Source: Hyalangium minutum
GTDB lineage: Bacteria; Myxococcota; Myxococcia; Myxococcales; Myxococcaceae
DNA: 248,000 bases
Assembly: GCF_000737315.1 (NCBI RefSeq)
Contig: NZ_JMCB01000002.1
Span: forward strand, 268,001 to 516,000
Direction of reading: 5' to 3'
Shown: one piece after another, positions 105,090-115,890 of the stretch
How positions within the stretch are numbered: the stretch's first letter is position 1
How the letters are laid out: each line of letters starts with the position of its first letter
Translations under genes and position numbers: made by a program
Notes under the pieces: generated by a model
Told to the model about the DNA's origin: nothing
What the model saw: only the letters and a program-made list of their open reading frames with translations
Database searches by the model: none

Positions 105090-106880
105090 ATGCCGTGCCA
105101 GAGTGCCGCCATGCCCTCCTCCAAAGACCCTGTCTGCTCACGCTGGCATTTGCTGGGAGTCTCGACCGTGCTCGCCCTCACGGCGGCGGGCTGCGATCCC
105201 GTCGCTGCCAGCGCTCCCGCTGCGCCGCAGGCGCCTCTCACCCAGGCGGCCCAGAGGCTGAACTGCGAGGGCAGCGAGGTGAGCGGCTCATGCGAGTTCT
105301 ACCAGGTGGCCGAGGCCGAGGCCGACACCTACGTCAAGATCGGGTCCCAGCGTGAGCAGGACAAAAACTATGGCCACGAGGCCAGCTTCGCCGTCAGCGG
105401 CTGGTACTATACGTACGGCTACCTCCGCTTCAACCTGGGCAACCTCCCCGCTGGCGTGCAGGTCCACTCAGTGAAGCTCTCGGCCACGGCCTTCAAGGGG
105501 TACTCCCAGAACGGTGATGGCAACGTCTACGCGTACCTGGTCCCGAACAACTCGTGGAATGAGTACTACCTGACCTGGAACTACCGGCCGTGGGAAGTCG
105601 GAGATCCGCTGGGCTCATGGTTCCTGTGGTACCCCGTCGGCGACAGGACCGAGGACAAGGTCGGCGTGAACGCGGATCCGAGCCTCATCCCGGTCGTCCA
105701 GAACGCCGCGAATGCCACGGATCGGCGGATCTCGTTCCTGCTCCGGATCAATGGCGCGTACAACACGACCTACTACTCGCGCGAGGAGGCGGTCGCCTCG
105801 AGGCGCCCCAAGCTCCAGGTCGGCTACGTCTGGCCGGCCCTCACGTCCGAGGACGCCTGGGCGAGCGCGAGCCCCGCGCCTCTCGCCCTCACGAAGCAGT
105901 CCGCGACGCTGCTGGCGGATGGCCGGGTGCTGGTGGCGGGAGGAGCCGACTCCGTGGGGTGGACGGCCAGTGCGGCGGTCTACTCGCCCGCCACGCGCAC
106001 CTGGGCGTCCACGGCCTCCATGTTCGTGAAGCGCTATGGACACGGCGCCACGCTCCTGAGCTCCGGCGAGGTGCTCGTCACGGGCGGGGAGATCAGCAAC
106101 GTTCCCACTGCGACCACCGAGCGCTACAGCGCCACCACCGGCACCTGGAGCGCCGCTGCCGCGATGTCGCAGCCCCGCTTCCGCCACACCGTGACGGTGC
106201 TGAACGATGGGCGGCTGCTGGTGGCCGGTGGCTTCGATGGAACCACTGGGATTGCGACCACGGAGTTCTACGCGCCGAGCTCTGGCACCTGGACGCCGGG
106301 GCCCTCCATGTCCACGCGCCGCTTCGGGCACACCGCGACCCTGCTGCCCGATGGGCGAGTGCTGGTGGCGGGCGGACACACCGGTGGGCAGGCGCTCGCC
106401 ACCGCCGAGCTCTATGATCCGGCCACCAACACCTGGTCGGCCACCGGCACAATGAGCTCCAGCCACCACGGGCACGCAGCGGCTTTGCTTCCGGACGGCC
106501 GGGTTCTCGTGGCGAGCGGACTGACGCCCGGAGGACTCCCCACGCCGATCTCCGAGCTGTACAATCCCGCCACCGGGACGTGGGCGGCCACGGGCTCACT
106601 GACCACGGCGCGCAGCGAGTTCACCCTCGCAATGCTGCCCTCGGGCCGGGTGCTGGTGCTGGGCGGCATCAGCGGCTCGGGAGCAGTCACCTCCACGGTT
106701 GAGAGCTACGATGTCACCACGGGCACCTGGACGCAGGCCCCCGTGATGGGCACCGCGCGCCGCAACCTCTCGGCCACGGTGCTGCCCGAGGGGCGCATCC
106801 TTGTCGTCGGGGGGCAGCAGGATGGCACCACCGTGCCGCTCTCCTCCGCCGAGCTCTTCACGCCAGCAGGGGGACCCTGA
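105090..106880 (+). CDS. DNRLRE/CBM96-like plus Kelch-repeat lipoprotein
   Basis: Lipobox AAGC; ADTYV, YLRF; Kelch repeats. Confidence 0.8.
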   Translation: MPCQSAAMPSSKDPVCSRWHLLGVSTVLALTAAGCDPVAASAPAAPQAPLTQAAQRLNCEGSEVSGSCEFYQVAEAEADTYVKIGSQREQDKNYGHEASFAVSGWYYTYGYLRFNLGNLPAGVQVHSVKLSATAFKGYSQNGDGNVYAYLVPNNSWNEYYLTWNYRPWEVGDPLGSWFLWYPVGDRTEDKVGVNADPSLIPVVQNAANATDRRISFLLRINGAYNTTYYSREEAVASRRPKLQVGYVWPALTSEDAWASASPAPLALTKQSATLLADGRVLVAGGADSVGWTASAAVYSPATRTWASTASMFVKRYGHGATLLSSGEVLVTGGEISNVPTATTERYSATTGTWSAAAAMSQPRFRHTVTVLNDGRLLVAGGFDGTTGIATTEFYAPSSGTWTPGPSMSTRRFGHTATLLPDGRVLVAGGHTGGQALATAELYDPATNTWSATGTMSSSHHGHAAALLPDGRVLVASGLTPGGLPTPISELYNPATGTWAATGSLTTARSEFTLAMLPSGRVLVLGGISGSGAVTSTVESYDVTTGTWTQAPVMGTARRNLSATVLPEGRILVVGGQQDGTTVPLSSAELFTPAGGP

Positions 106881-106919
106881 CCGATCACCCCCGAGGTCAA
106901 GGCGGTAGACTGCGCATCC

Positions 106920-107780
106920 ATGGAGCCATCGAAGTCAGGCGGGTTGAGCTCGATACGCACCGTGTTGCGGATCGGTGCGGGGATCGTCGTGGGTGGGGGT
107001 CTGCTCGTGGGAGTGGTGTTCTGGGCCGTCTACGGGTGGGTTCGGGACTCGGCGCCCAGCCAGGCGGCGCAGGTGTTCCTCTCCGAGCACCCCATAGTCC
107101 AGGCCGATCTCGGGGAGCACATCCGGCTGAGTGGAATGCTGCAGGGGAAGTTCTCCGACCAGAGGCAGACCGGCTCCGCCAGGTTCACCTTGCCGCTGAG
107201 CGGGAGCCTGGGAAAGGGCATGGCCGAGGTTCAGCTGGCGAAGGATGGAGGCCTGTGGCGGGTGACGTCCGGCTTCTATCAAGGACGGGATGGAGTGCGT
107301 CGGGAACTGGTCGCGCAGGAGGAGGAAGGGGACGACAGCCGGAAGCAGCTGGTGCATGCCCACAGGCTCTACAAGTCGGGCAAGAGCCAGGAGGCGATCG
107401 CGGAGTTGAACGCGCTGCTGGAGCGATTCCCGGACGACGCGGAGGCCCTGTATTGGAGGGCGCAGATCCGGGCGAGGCTTGGAGAGAACGACGCGGCGCG
107501 CGAGGACATCCTCCGAGCGGTGGCTTTGAAGGTGGACTTGAGAGAGGCCTACCAGCTCCACGACTCCCTGCTGGCGCGAGAGCACCGGTGGGAGGAGATC
107601 ATCCACGCCTGGACCGAGTACCTGGAGCGCCACCCGGAAGATGACGTGGCGCTGCTGGAGCGCGCAGGAACCTGGCACCACCAGGGCGACGAGGCGCGGG
107701 CCCTGGAGGATCTGAAGCGCTCGTGCGAGCTGGACAATGCCCAGGCCTGCGCGCTGCACAGGCGACAGACAGGGCAGTGA
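106920..107780 (+). CDS. Coa1-like domain plus TPR membrane protein
   Basis: TM anchor, G.A.F..P.SG..G.G, TPRs. Confidence 0.65.
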   Translation: MEPSKSGGLSSIRTVLRIGAGIVVGGGLLVGVVFWAVYGWVRDSAPSQAAQVFLSEHPIVQADLGEHIRLSGMLQGKFSDQRQTGSARFTLPLSGSLGKGMAEVQLAKDGGLWRVTSGFYQGRDGVRRELVAQEEEGDDSRKQLVHAHRLYKSGKSQEAIAELNALLERFPDDAEALYWRAQIRARLGENDAAREDILRAVALKVDLREAYQLHDSLLAREHRWEEIIHAWTEYLERHPEDDVALLERAGTWHHQGDEARALEDLKRSCELDNAQACALHRRQTGQ

Positions 107781-107862
107781 GCGAGGGGCTCGCTCACCTA
107801 TTTCGCAGGACGGGCAAGCCCCTGCCCTCCCCGTTGATCCCCAGAAGGCTTGGAGATGCTGC

Positions 107863-108657
107863 ATGCACTCGAAAGTGGCTCACCCTCGAACTCGTTTCTC
107901 GTCAGTCGCTGCTCTCTTCGCCACGGTCCTCGCCCTCTCTGTCGGCAGACCCACCGCCCACGCGGGGACGGAGCTCCAAGCACCGACGCAAGGCCTCGTC
108001 GGCCTGCTCGAACTGCCTGAGATCCTGGGAACCAGCGACCCGGCCGGACCTCCTGGGCAGGTGCAGGCCCAGGGCTCCGGCCGCGTTTCCGTGTTGGCCC
108101 GGCCCGATGCGAAGTCGCCCGTCGTGGCGCTGCTCGACGTGACGGGAATTACGGACCCGGCCGGGAAGCGGCTGTGCTCCTGGCGTTCAGAGACACCCAG
108201 CGCCACGCTCTGTGCCACCCTCGAACATGACTATGAAGCGGTGTCCCTGCTTGTGTATCGGACAAGCGGGGAGGGCTGGTTCGAGATCGCGCTCGACGGC
108301 CAAGGCAAGGCTCGCGGCTGGGTGAAGAGCTCGCCCCGAGCCACCTTCCGCCCCCTCGCTGTGCTCTTTCGCGATCGTCTGACGTACTTGACTCCAAGCT
108401 GGGACAGGACGCTGGCGCCGAAGCCCGGCGGAGCGGCCGCGCCGGGAGCCCCTCGGCCGGCCTTGAAACAGCCGGAGCCGGCCGTTCGGGTCAAATCGAC
108501 GGCCACCGTCCGAGGCAAGCTCTGGCTCGAGGTGGACATCCTGGATGGCGTGTGCGGACAGAGTGATTCACCGAAGGTGCTCTCCTCCGGTTGGGTGCCG
108601 GCGCACTCGCAGGCGGACGGGAGGCTCGTCGTCTGGTTCTACTCCCGGGGCTGCTGA
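107863..108657 (+). CDS. Exported hypothetical protein
   Basis: Signal peptide; ends WFYSRGC. Confidence 0.6.
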   Translation: MHSKVAHPRTRFSSVAALFATVLALSVGRPTAHAGTELQAPTQGLVGLLELPEILGTSDPAGPPGQVQAQGSGRVSVLARPDAKSPVVALLDVTGITDPAGKRLCSWRSETPSATLCATLEHDYEAVSLLVYRTSGEGWFEIALDGQGKARGWVKSSPRATFRPLAVLFRDRLTYLTPSWDRTLAPKPGGAAAPGAPRPALKQPEPAVRVKSTATVRGKLWLEVDILDGVCGQSDSPKVLSSGWVPAHSQADGRLVVWFYSRGC

Positions 108658-108695
108658 GCGGCCGTGACAACCGCTGCAGCGCCAATGCCGGTAGG

Positions 108696-109319
108696 ATGCG
108701 CGCTTCCTCCCCAGGTGCAGTCATGGCTGCAGTGATTCTCGAAGCCCGCTGTGTCGCCCCCTTCGTCGTCCGGCTCCGCTTCAGCGATGGGCAAGAGGGC
108801 GAGGCGAACCTCAAGCCCTGCCTCTTCGATTGGGAAGCGGCGCGCGTGCCTGAGCTCTCCTCCGAGACGCGCGACTGGCTGCGCTCGCCGGAGAACTTTC
108901 AGACCGTCCGCGTGGACCCTGCGACGGGCACGCTCGCCTGGGGCGACAGGCGGCCGTTCAGTGCGTACCTGCTGTACTGGCGCGTGGAGAGGCATCGGGT
109001 GACGGCAGTCATCCGCTCGAAGGATGGGGCCGTCCTCTCCACCCAGGCGCTCGGCGGGAGGCACGAGGCCTGGACGAAGGGGCTCACCCTCGGGCGAGCC
109101 GAAACCAACATCGTCGTCGTGGATCAGGAAGGTGTGGCGCCGCACCACGCTCGGGTGACTATCGGCGGCGGTCATCACCCTCGCTATTTCATCGAGGTGG
109201 TGGAGGGAGAGACGGCCGCCGGAGGGACCCGTTCGTTCACGCCCGGCGAGCGCTGGAGTGTCCCCGCGCGGCAGCCGCTCCGGCTGGAGATGGGCGCCTG
109301 CACCGTGGAGATCGAGTGA
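108696..109319 (+). CDS. DUF2442-like plus FHA-like fusion
   Basis: LRF.DG..G..NL...F..VRVD...TL.W; LGR, GVAPHHAR. Confidence 0.65.
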   Translation: MRASSPGAVMAAVILEARCVAPFVVRLRFSDGQEGEANLKPCLFDWEAARVPELSSETRDWLRSPENFQTVRVDPATGTLAWGDRRPFSAYLLYWRVERHRVTAVIRSKDGAVLSTQALGGRHEAWTKGLTLGRAETNIVVVDQEGVAPHHARVTIGGGHHPRYFIEVVEGETAAGGTRSFTPGERWSVPARQPLRLEMGACTVEIE

Positions 109320-109325
109320 GCACGG

Positions 109326-110342
109326 CTAGGTGACGAGGCGCCCCGCGCGAGCGAGCCGGAGCAAGCCAGCGCGGGCCTCGGACCACTGCCGCGTCAGCGC
109401 CTCAGACGGCTCGCCGAGCCTGCTCGTCGCGTCGAGCAGCGGGAACGTCGAGGCCATCGCGCGTGGGCTGGGCGAGCGATCGGCCGTCGGGAGAATGGTG
109501 GTTTTCCCGGCATGGACCTGTCGCTCGACGCGCACGACGCCGTCGGGCCAGCGCTCGACGAGGGCATTGACGACGGTGGAGACGGCGGCCTCCGGCAGTG
109601 GCTGCCCGGTCGCCTCGGCCCACCGCACCAGGACTGCGAGCCCACGCAGCACATCGTAGAAGTAGAAGCGCGGGAACGTGAGCGCGCGCCAGGCCACCGC
109701 CGCGTCGCGCTCCTCTGCGTTGTGCACGGACCGCGAGCCGTGGATGAGGGCACGATCGATCATGAAGCCCCCAGCGCGAGCGACAAAGGCGCGCTGCTCG
109801 CTCGCCCCGGCTCCGCCGAGCAGCATGGCCTCGAGCGGCGCGACAGTCCCGACCATCGAGCTCGGGCACTCGCCGGTCTGGAGGTACGCGGTGTTGTCGC
109901 AGTTGAGGCCGCCATCGGCCATCTGGTACCGCACGAACCAGGGCTTGACCCAGGGCAGCGCGCTTTCGACGTCGATGCCGCACGCGGCCAGCACTGGGTA
110001 CATCGTTCCGAGGGCGCAATGACAGGCGCTGTCGCGCTGCAGGTCGGCGCCCGGAGCATCGCTCGGGTGGATCGGGAAGAGGTGCAAGAGCCGATTGATC
110101 CTCGTGGCCATTGCCGCGGAGGTCCGCGCCGGGATCTGGCGTGCTTCGCCGAGCTCGTGGAGCAGCAGCATGTGCCACCACGGGGAGTTCCACTTGGGCC
110201 AGTACGGATCGAGCTCGATGCCGCGTAGCGCGGCGTCCGAGCCGAGGTAGGCGACGGAATCGGCGATCCCATGCTCGACTTCAGCGCTCCGGAGCGGGGT
110301 GGAGCTGGGAACGGCGGCAAGGTTCTCAAGATTGATCATCAT
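109326..110342 (-). CDS. Hypothetical protein, prenyltransferase-barrel-like
   Basis: YQMADGGLNC, FP..YFYDVL. Confidence 0.6.
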   Translation of the reverse strand: MMINLENLAAVPSSTPLRSAEVEHGIADSVAYLGSDAALRGIELDPYWPKWNSPWWHMLLLHELGEARQIPARTSAAMATRINRLLHLFPIHPSDAPGADLQRDSACHCALGTMYPVLAACGIDVESALPWVKPWFVRYQMADGGLNCDNTAYLQTGECPSSMVGTVAPLEAMLLGGAGASEQRAFVARAGGFMIDRALIHGSRSVHNAEERDAAVAWRALTFPRFYFYDVLRGLAVLVRWAEATGQPLPEAAVSTVVNALVERWPDGVVRVERQVHAGKTTILPTADRSPSPRAMASTFPLLDATSRLGEPSEALTRQWSEARAGLLRLARAGRLVT

Positions 110343-110396
110343 CGGCGGCTCTGGCTCAAGAAGCCTCTTAATGGGGGAGCCACCCCCGGGCGAGTG

Positions 110397-111311
110397 CTAT
110401 TTCAGCCGGAGGCGCTCACGCGCCTCGTGCCACGCCGGGGGAATGGACCCACGCCCCGTGTGCAGCACGACGATGCCGCCCACGATGGCGCACGTGGTGT
110501 CACGATCCCCGAGCCCAGAGACCGTGGCCCACAGTGCCTCCGCGTAGTCGTCCAGGTGGCGTGCCGCGCACCACACGCAGAAGGGCACCGTATCCTCGGA
110601 GATGACCCGCGACCCGCTGCCCAGCTCCTTCGCCGCGACTGCCGGCGATGCCTCGAGCGGCAGCGCTCGTGCTTTCTCCAGCCCTCTGCGCGTGGCTCCC
110701 GGTGGGGTGTGCTCCAGCACCGCGTCGAAGAGCTGACGCGCCGAGGGGTTCCTCTCCCGCTCCTGCCAGGCCCAGGCGGCCGCCACAGCGACGGCGATGG
110801 CCCCCGCCTGCCCCTCTGGATGGAAGTGCGTCACCTCCGCGGAGGCTCGGGCCTCGGACACCGCCCGGGCCAGATCGTCCGCGAAGTAGGCCCCCAGCGG
110901 CGCCACGCGCATGGCACCGCCGTTCCCCATGGAGCCCGTCCCCCCGAAGACTCGCGAGGAGACTCTGCGCCACGGCTCGCCCTCGTGGATCGCCTGGAGG
111001 ATCTCGTGCGCCGTGCCCCCATAGCCTCGGTAGGGATTCTCGCGGTAGCGGGCGCCGAAGACCCTCGCGAGCTGATCCGGGTCTACCCGCCCATGCTCCT
111101 CCAGCACCTGGACGAGACCCAATGCCATCTCCGTGTCGTCTGTGTAGCCCCACGGTGGCTTGGGCAGGGCCCGCTGCTCGAGCATTGGCACCAGGGTCGA
111201 CGGAGGCAGGAAGAACCGCTCGCCGAACGCATCCCCTACGGACAATCCCTCCAGCGAGAGCAGGGCGCGCTCCATTCGTACAGCATGGTCGGCAGGTTTC
111301 GAGATCGTCAT
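110397..111311 (-). CDS. ADP-ribosylglycohydrolase
   Basis: GDAFG, YTDDT, GNGGAMR, GDRDTTCAI. Confidence 0.92.
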   Translation of the reverse strand: MTISKPADHAVRMERALLSLEGLSVGDAFGERFFLPPSTLVPMLEQRALPKPPWGYTDDTEMALGLVQVLEEHGRVDPDQLARVFGARYRENPYRGYGGTAHEILQAIHEGEPWRRVSSRVFGGTGSMGNGGAMRVAPLGAYFADDLARAVSEARASAEVTHFHPEGQAGAIAVAVAAAWAWQERERNPSARQLFDAVLEHTPPGATRRGLEKARALPLEASPAVAAKELGSGSRVISEDTVPFCVWCAARHLDDYAEALWATVSGLGDRDTTCAIVGGIVVLHTGRGSIPPAWHEARERLRLK

Positions 111312-111443
111312 GCCGCATGGTCCAACGGCGGGTGGCTAAGTGTCAATAAAACACTAACTAAAGGTGAAGGCGTCTTCCTCGGTCTGGCGGTGGACCCGCC
111401 TCACAAGGTAGGGTTGCATCCTCCCTACCTGCAAGGACACCCC

Positions 111444-112859
111444 ATGCACGACGACCTGCCGCCCCTCGGCGCGACCGTGGGCCCATGGCTCATCCTCAAC
111501 CGCGTCGACTCGGGCTCTTATGGGGTGGTGTTCCATGCACGGCGCACCCACGCTCCCGAGTCGCCGCCCGTGGCGCTGAAGGTCGCCAAGCAACCTGAAG
111601 ATCCTCGCTTCGAGCGGGAGACCGAGGTGCTTCAGCGCAGCCACCACCCGTCCATTCCGCGCTTCGAGGGCATGGGGCTGTGGATGGGACCGTCAGGCTG
111701 CGGCTACCCCTACCTGGCCATGGAGTCCGTGGAGGGCGTCACCCTCTATCGCTGGTTCCAGGAGCAACCGCGCTCCAGTCTGGACGTGCTGCGGGTGGTG
111801 GTGCAGTTGGCGGGGGCCCTGGCGTCCGCGCACGGCCGAGGCATCCTCCACCGTGACGTGAAGGGCGACAACATCCGCGTTACTCCTGCGGGCCGGGCGG
111901 TGCTCCTGGACTGGGGGAGCTGCTGGCTGCCCACGGCCCGGCCTCTGACGGACACGCCGGTGCCTCCGGGGACCAGCGCCTACCGCCCACCCGAGCAGCG
112001 CGGGTTCATGTACGCCTTCCACAAGGACATGGAGGCGCGGTGGGCGTCCCGGCCTGCGGATGATCTGTACGCCCTCGGAGTCACCCTCTACCGGCTTGTC
112101 ACGGGGACGTACTTGCCTCCCTGTACGGATGGGATGGGCTTGGTGGAGGTGGAGGTGCCCAAGCCCTCGGAGAGGGTGACGGTGAGCCCCGAGCTCGAGG
112201 CGCTCATCCTGCGGCTGCTCTCGGATGACCGGCAGGCTCGGGGCACGGCGGAGCAGCTCGTGCGCGAGGCGCTGGAGTGGGTGCAGGCGGCCGGAACGGA
112301 TGCGCGAGAGCCCATCCTTCCCAAGCACAGCGCGCCCTGTACCGAGGAGGGGCAGGTCTCTTCAGATGGCTCATGCGACGAAGAGATTCTCTCGGATACC
112401 GAACCCACCCCCCCGTGTAGAGCGCGCCAGCGGTTCCCCACCTTCCCTGTATTGGGGGCCGCGTTCATGTTGGGGGCTCTCGTCATGGCACTGCTGCCAA
112501 TGAGAAGGCAGCCCGTGACAGAGGAGCCGTCCGCGCCATGGATGGCCACGCCGCAGGAGGTGGAGCAGTTCACCCCAGACGGGGGTGTCGGCGAGGAGGC
112601 CTTGTCGAGCGTTCAAAATGTGCCTCGTGCAGCCGTTCCCACCAGTTTTCTCGGCTTGCGGATGCAGAAGGAGCCGCTGCCCGGGCAGAAAAAGCCGCCG
112701 TGCGAACCGGAGATTCAGACGGTCATCAACGGCGGATGTTGGGTAGGTCCACTTGGCAGGAGAAAGCCACCGTGTGGCTCCGAGGCGTTTGACTACGACG
112801 ATGGCTGTTACATGCCCGTGTTCCCCGCGCCCCGCCAGCCCACCTCGGAGCCGCCGTGA
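111444..112859 (+). CDS. Ser/Thr protein kinase
   Basis: ALKVA, HRDVKGDN, DWG. Confidence 0.85.
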   Translation: MHDDLPPLGATVGPWLILNRVDSGSYGVVFHARRTHAPESPPVALKVAKQPEDPRFERETEVLQRSHHPSIPRFEGMGLWMGPSGCGYPYLAMESVEGVTLYRWFQEQPRSSLDVLRVVVQLAGALASAHGRGILHRDVKGDNIRVTPAGRAVLLDWGSCWLPTARPLTDTPVPPGTSAYRPPEQRGFMYAFHKDMEARWASRPADDLYALGVTLYRLVTGTYLPPCTDGMGLVEVEVPKPSERVTVSPELEALILRLLSDDRQARGTAEQLVREALEWVQAAGTDAREPILPKHSAPCTEEGQVSSDGSCDEEILSDTEPTPPCRARQRFPTFPVLGAAFMLGALVMALLPMRRQPVTEEPSAPWMATPQEVEQFTPDGGVGEEALSSVQNVPRAAVPTSFLGLRMQKEPLPGQKKPPCEPEIQTVINGGCWVGPLGRRKPPCGSEAFDYDDGCYMPVFPAPRQPTSEPP

Positions 112860-113006
112860 CGCTCATTCATCCAATGCCTCGAGCTCGGAGGTCGCCCACA
112901 TTTGCCAGGCGGCTCCAGGTTTCACGCGAAAATGCAGAAAGTGTCTCCGGGCGTTGTTAGATGCTCCGCCCGCTGCGACTCACCGGCAGCCGGCTTGAAT
113001 GAGGGG

Positions 113007-113447
113007 ATGACCGTGACGGAGAACACCACCCAGCGCATCTCGGATGCGGCGCTGGCGCACCTGGGGTTGCGGCTGGTGCTGGGCATCAATATCGCCGTCC
113101 ATGGACTCGTACGGGTGCCCGCGCCGGTCGCCTTCGCCGAGGGGATGGTCAAGGGCTTCGCGGAGACGCCGCTGCCCGCGCCGCTCGTGCTCGCCTTCGG
113201 TGTCACGCTGCCCTTCATCGAGCTCGCCGTGGGGGTGGCTGTGCTGCTCGGATTGCGCCTGCGCTGGGCGCTGTTCGGCGGGCTGCTCGTCATGGCCGGG
113301 CTGACCTTCGGGACGTGCTTGCAGCAGAACTGGAACAACGCGGGGCTGCAGCTCACATATGCAGTGGCTTACGCGGCGCTGCTCGCCACCGTCGCTCACG
113401 CGCGGTTCACGCTGGATGGGACGCTGGAGCGGCGTACGCGCTCATGA
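113007..113447 (+). CDS. DoxX family membrane protein
   Basis: LRL.LG, HG, PFIEL..G. Confidence 0.8.
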   Translation: MTVTENTTQRISDAALAHLGLRLVLGINIAVHGLVRVPAPVAFAEGMVKGFAETPLPAPLVLAFGVTLPFIELAVGVAVLLGLRLRWALFGGLLVMAGLTFGTCLQQNWNNAGLQLTYAVAYAALLATVAHARFTLDGTLERRTRS

Positions 113448-114331
113448 GTGAAGCGCCTTCGGCCCGTCCTCGCTGGACCCTGCCCCCCATCCCCGCGGTG
113501 CTCCTGGCTGTCGTGAGCGTGCAGGGCGGCGCCGCCTTCGCGAAGGAGCTGTTCCCTGTGCTCGGTTCGGCGGGCACGGCGGGCATGCGCATTGGGTTGT
113601 CCTCGCTTCTGCTGTTCGCGGCTTTCAGGCCGCGGCTCGCGCAGTTCACGCGCGCGCAGTGGGCCGCGGTCATCCCCTATGGGGTGGTGCTCGGCACGAT
113701 GAACCTGAGCTTCTACAAGGCGCTCGAGCGCATTCCCCTGGGACTGGCTGTCACGTTGGAGTTCGCCGGTCCCCTGGGCGTCGCGGTGTTCGGGTCGCGG
113801 CGCGCCTCGGACTTCCTGTGGGTGGTGCTCGCGGCGGCCGGCATCGCCTTTATCGCGCCGTGGCGCGGAGACGTCGGCGCCGTGGACTCGGTGGGGGTGC
113901 TGCTGGCGCTCTTCGCCGGAGGATGCTGGGCGGCCTACATCGTGCTCGGCGGGCGCGTGGCCAAGGTGCTCCCCGGTGGGGGGAGCGTCGCGACGGGGAT
114001 GCTGTTCGGCTCGCTGACGGTCCTGCCTTTCTCGTTCGCGGAGGGACTCGCGACACGGCTGACGCCTTCGCTGGTCGCGGCGTCCCTGGCGGTCGCGCTG
114101 CTCTCCAGCGCGGTGCCATACACCCTGGAGATGTCGGCGCTGCGGGTGCTGTCGAGCCGCACCTTCGGCATCCTGATGAGCCTGGAGCCAGCGGTGGCGG
114201 CCCTCGCGGGCTGGGTGTTCCTGCGAGAGCAGCTCACCGGGACGCAGTGGCTCGCGCTGGTGTGCGTGAGTGCTGCGTCCGCGGGAGCCGCGCTCACCGC
114301 TCGCCGTGGGCCTCCGCCTGTGGAGGCCTGA
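113444..114331 (+). CDS. EamA/RhtA transporter
   Basis: SVQGGAA.AK, LEF.GPL, MSLEPA. Confidence 0.88.
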   Translation: MSEAPSARPRWTLPPIPAVLLAVVSVQGGAAFAKELFPVLGSAGTAGMRIGLSSLLLFAAFRPRLAQFTRAQWAAVIPYGVVLGTMNLSFYKALERIPLGLAVTLEFAGPLGVAVFGSRRASDFLWVVLAAAGIAFIAPWRGDVGAVDSVGVLLALFAGGCWAAYIVLGGRVAKVLPGGGSVATGMLFGSLTVLPFSFAEGLATRLTPSLVAASLAVALLSSAVPYTLEMSALRVLSSRTFGILMSLEPAVAALAGWVFLREQLTGTQWLALVCVSAASAGAALTARRGPPPVEA

Positions 114332-114387
114332 CACGGCGGTTCGGTCCTCCCTGAGCGGGAGTCCTGGAGCCAACAGGGGCTCTTGAA

Positions 114388-115596
114388 TCAGCAGCCGGTG
114401 TTGGCGCCGGCGCTCACGCCGAGCTTGCCCGTGAAGTTGAGGTAGTTGTTCACGCGGCTCTGGACCTGGCCGGGGTTCTTGCCGCCGCACTCCAGCGCAC
114501 CGTTGATGGTGCGGATGGTCTCGCCAAAGCCCCGGTTGTTCACCATGGCGTCGTGCCCCGTCATGGAGCCCGCGCCCGTCTGCGTCATCCAGAACCACAG
114601 GCCCGTGCGCCAGGCGACGTTCGCATCGCGCGCCACGAGGTCCGGGTCATCCCTGAGGTTGAGGCCCAGCGCGTTGCCCGCCGCGCAGTAGTTGCCGTTC
114701 CACGACAGCTGGATGGGGCCACGGCCGTAGTACCGCTTGCCCGCCGCGCAGTAGCAGCCCGGGGGGCCCCAGCTCGGGTCGCACATGTCGCTCTTGTTGA
114801 TCTCCTCGGTGTACACGAGCCCGCCTGTCTCGTGCGCCACGTTGGCCAGGAAGGCGGCAACCTCGCGCTTGCGCGTGTCCGTGTCGCCCGTGGTGGCGAA
114901 GGCGGGGAAGGTGCTGGCCGCGGCCACCAGCGCCGAGTAGCTGTAGAAGCCGTTGCGGCCGGGGAACATGGAGTTGAAGGTGGCCTCGCTCAGGATGGCG
115001 GCCAGGCCCGTGCCCGTGGGAGGGGGCGTGGTGCCACCGCTCACCTTGTCCAGGGTGAAGAGCTGGTTGGGGCCGCCCGAGTACGGGTACTGCACGTAGA
115101 TGGTGCCGTTGTTGGACGAGCCCCAGTACAGGTCGATGGCCATGCCCGTGTGGCGCGGGTGGAAGCTGAACTGGTTGTTACCGCGGGCGATGAACTGGAA
115201 TTGCTGGTTGGCGCCGCCCAAGTACGACCACTGGTGGACCTCGGCGTTCTGGGCGGTGCTCACCTCCTTGATGTCGAGCCCCTTGCCACTGTTGACGTTG
115301 ATGATCTTCCAGAAGCCATCGGAGGTGGGGGAGATGTGGAACTTCTGGGCATTGGTGCCATTGCAATCCCACTGCTGGACCTTGGCGCCATCGGCGGTGC
115401 TGGAGGAGGCGACGTCAACGCACTTGCCCGTCATGGCGGAGCGGATGACATAGTCGCCCTCGGAGAGGCTGGACACGATGGCGGCGCTCTCCAACTGGGA
115501 GAGTGGCTCCAAGGTCTCCATCTCGTTGGCGCCACATCCGCCCAGTCCAATCACACCCAACAACGATATACAGCGCAGCATGCTCATTCGGGACAC
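114388..115596 (-). CDS. GH19 chitinase with ricin-B lectin domain
   Basis: QxW repeats; AAFLANVAHET, YYGRGPIQLSWN, INGALEC. Confidence 0.92.
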   Translation of the reverse strand: MSRMSMLRCISLLGVIGLGGCGANEMETLEPLSQLESAAIVSSLSEGDYVIRSAMTGKCVDVASSSTADGAKVQQWDCNGTNAQKFHISPTSDGFWKIINVNSGKGLDIKEVSTAQNAEVHQWSYLGGANQQFQFIARGNNQFSFHPRHTGMAIDLYWGSSNNGTIYVQYPYSGGPNQLFTLDKVSGGTTPPPTGTGLAAILSEATFNSMFPGRNGFYSYSALVAAASTFPAFATTGDTDTRKREVAAFLANVAHETGGLVYTEEINKSDMCDPSWGPPGCYCAAGKRYYGRGPIQLSWNGNYCAAGNALGLNLRDDPDLVARDANVAWRTGLWFWMTQTGAGSMTGHDAMVNNRGFGETIRTINGALECGGKNPGQVQSRVNNYLNFTGKLGVSAGANTGC

Positions 115597-115890
115597 TTGG
115601 TTCTCCTTGGGGGTAAGTGAAGCTGGCGGCCCCCAAAGCATTCCGCGTGCCAAACCTGTCTTCTTCCGGATAGACCTGAATTCAATGCTTTAGCTGCTTA
115701 GCTGGGCTTCTTCCCTGGTGACAACTGTTATCGCCATGGTGACGGCACTCACCAGACACAAAAAAGCTGCGGGAGCGCGGCGGGGTGCGTCAAGGAGGGC
115801 GTCATGCGCCGCAACCGGCCGTTCATCCGCCGTTCATCTTTCTCCGACACGTTTTGCCTGTTAACTCAACGCAACAGGGTGGGAGCGCCG

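Noticed and set aside
110397-111311. Antitoxin for the DarT-like gene
   Set aside because: About 59 kb away, ARH fold rather than macrodomain/NADAR, and no evidence of linkage.
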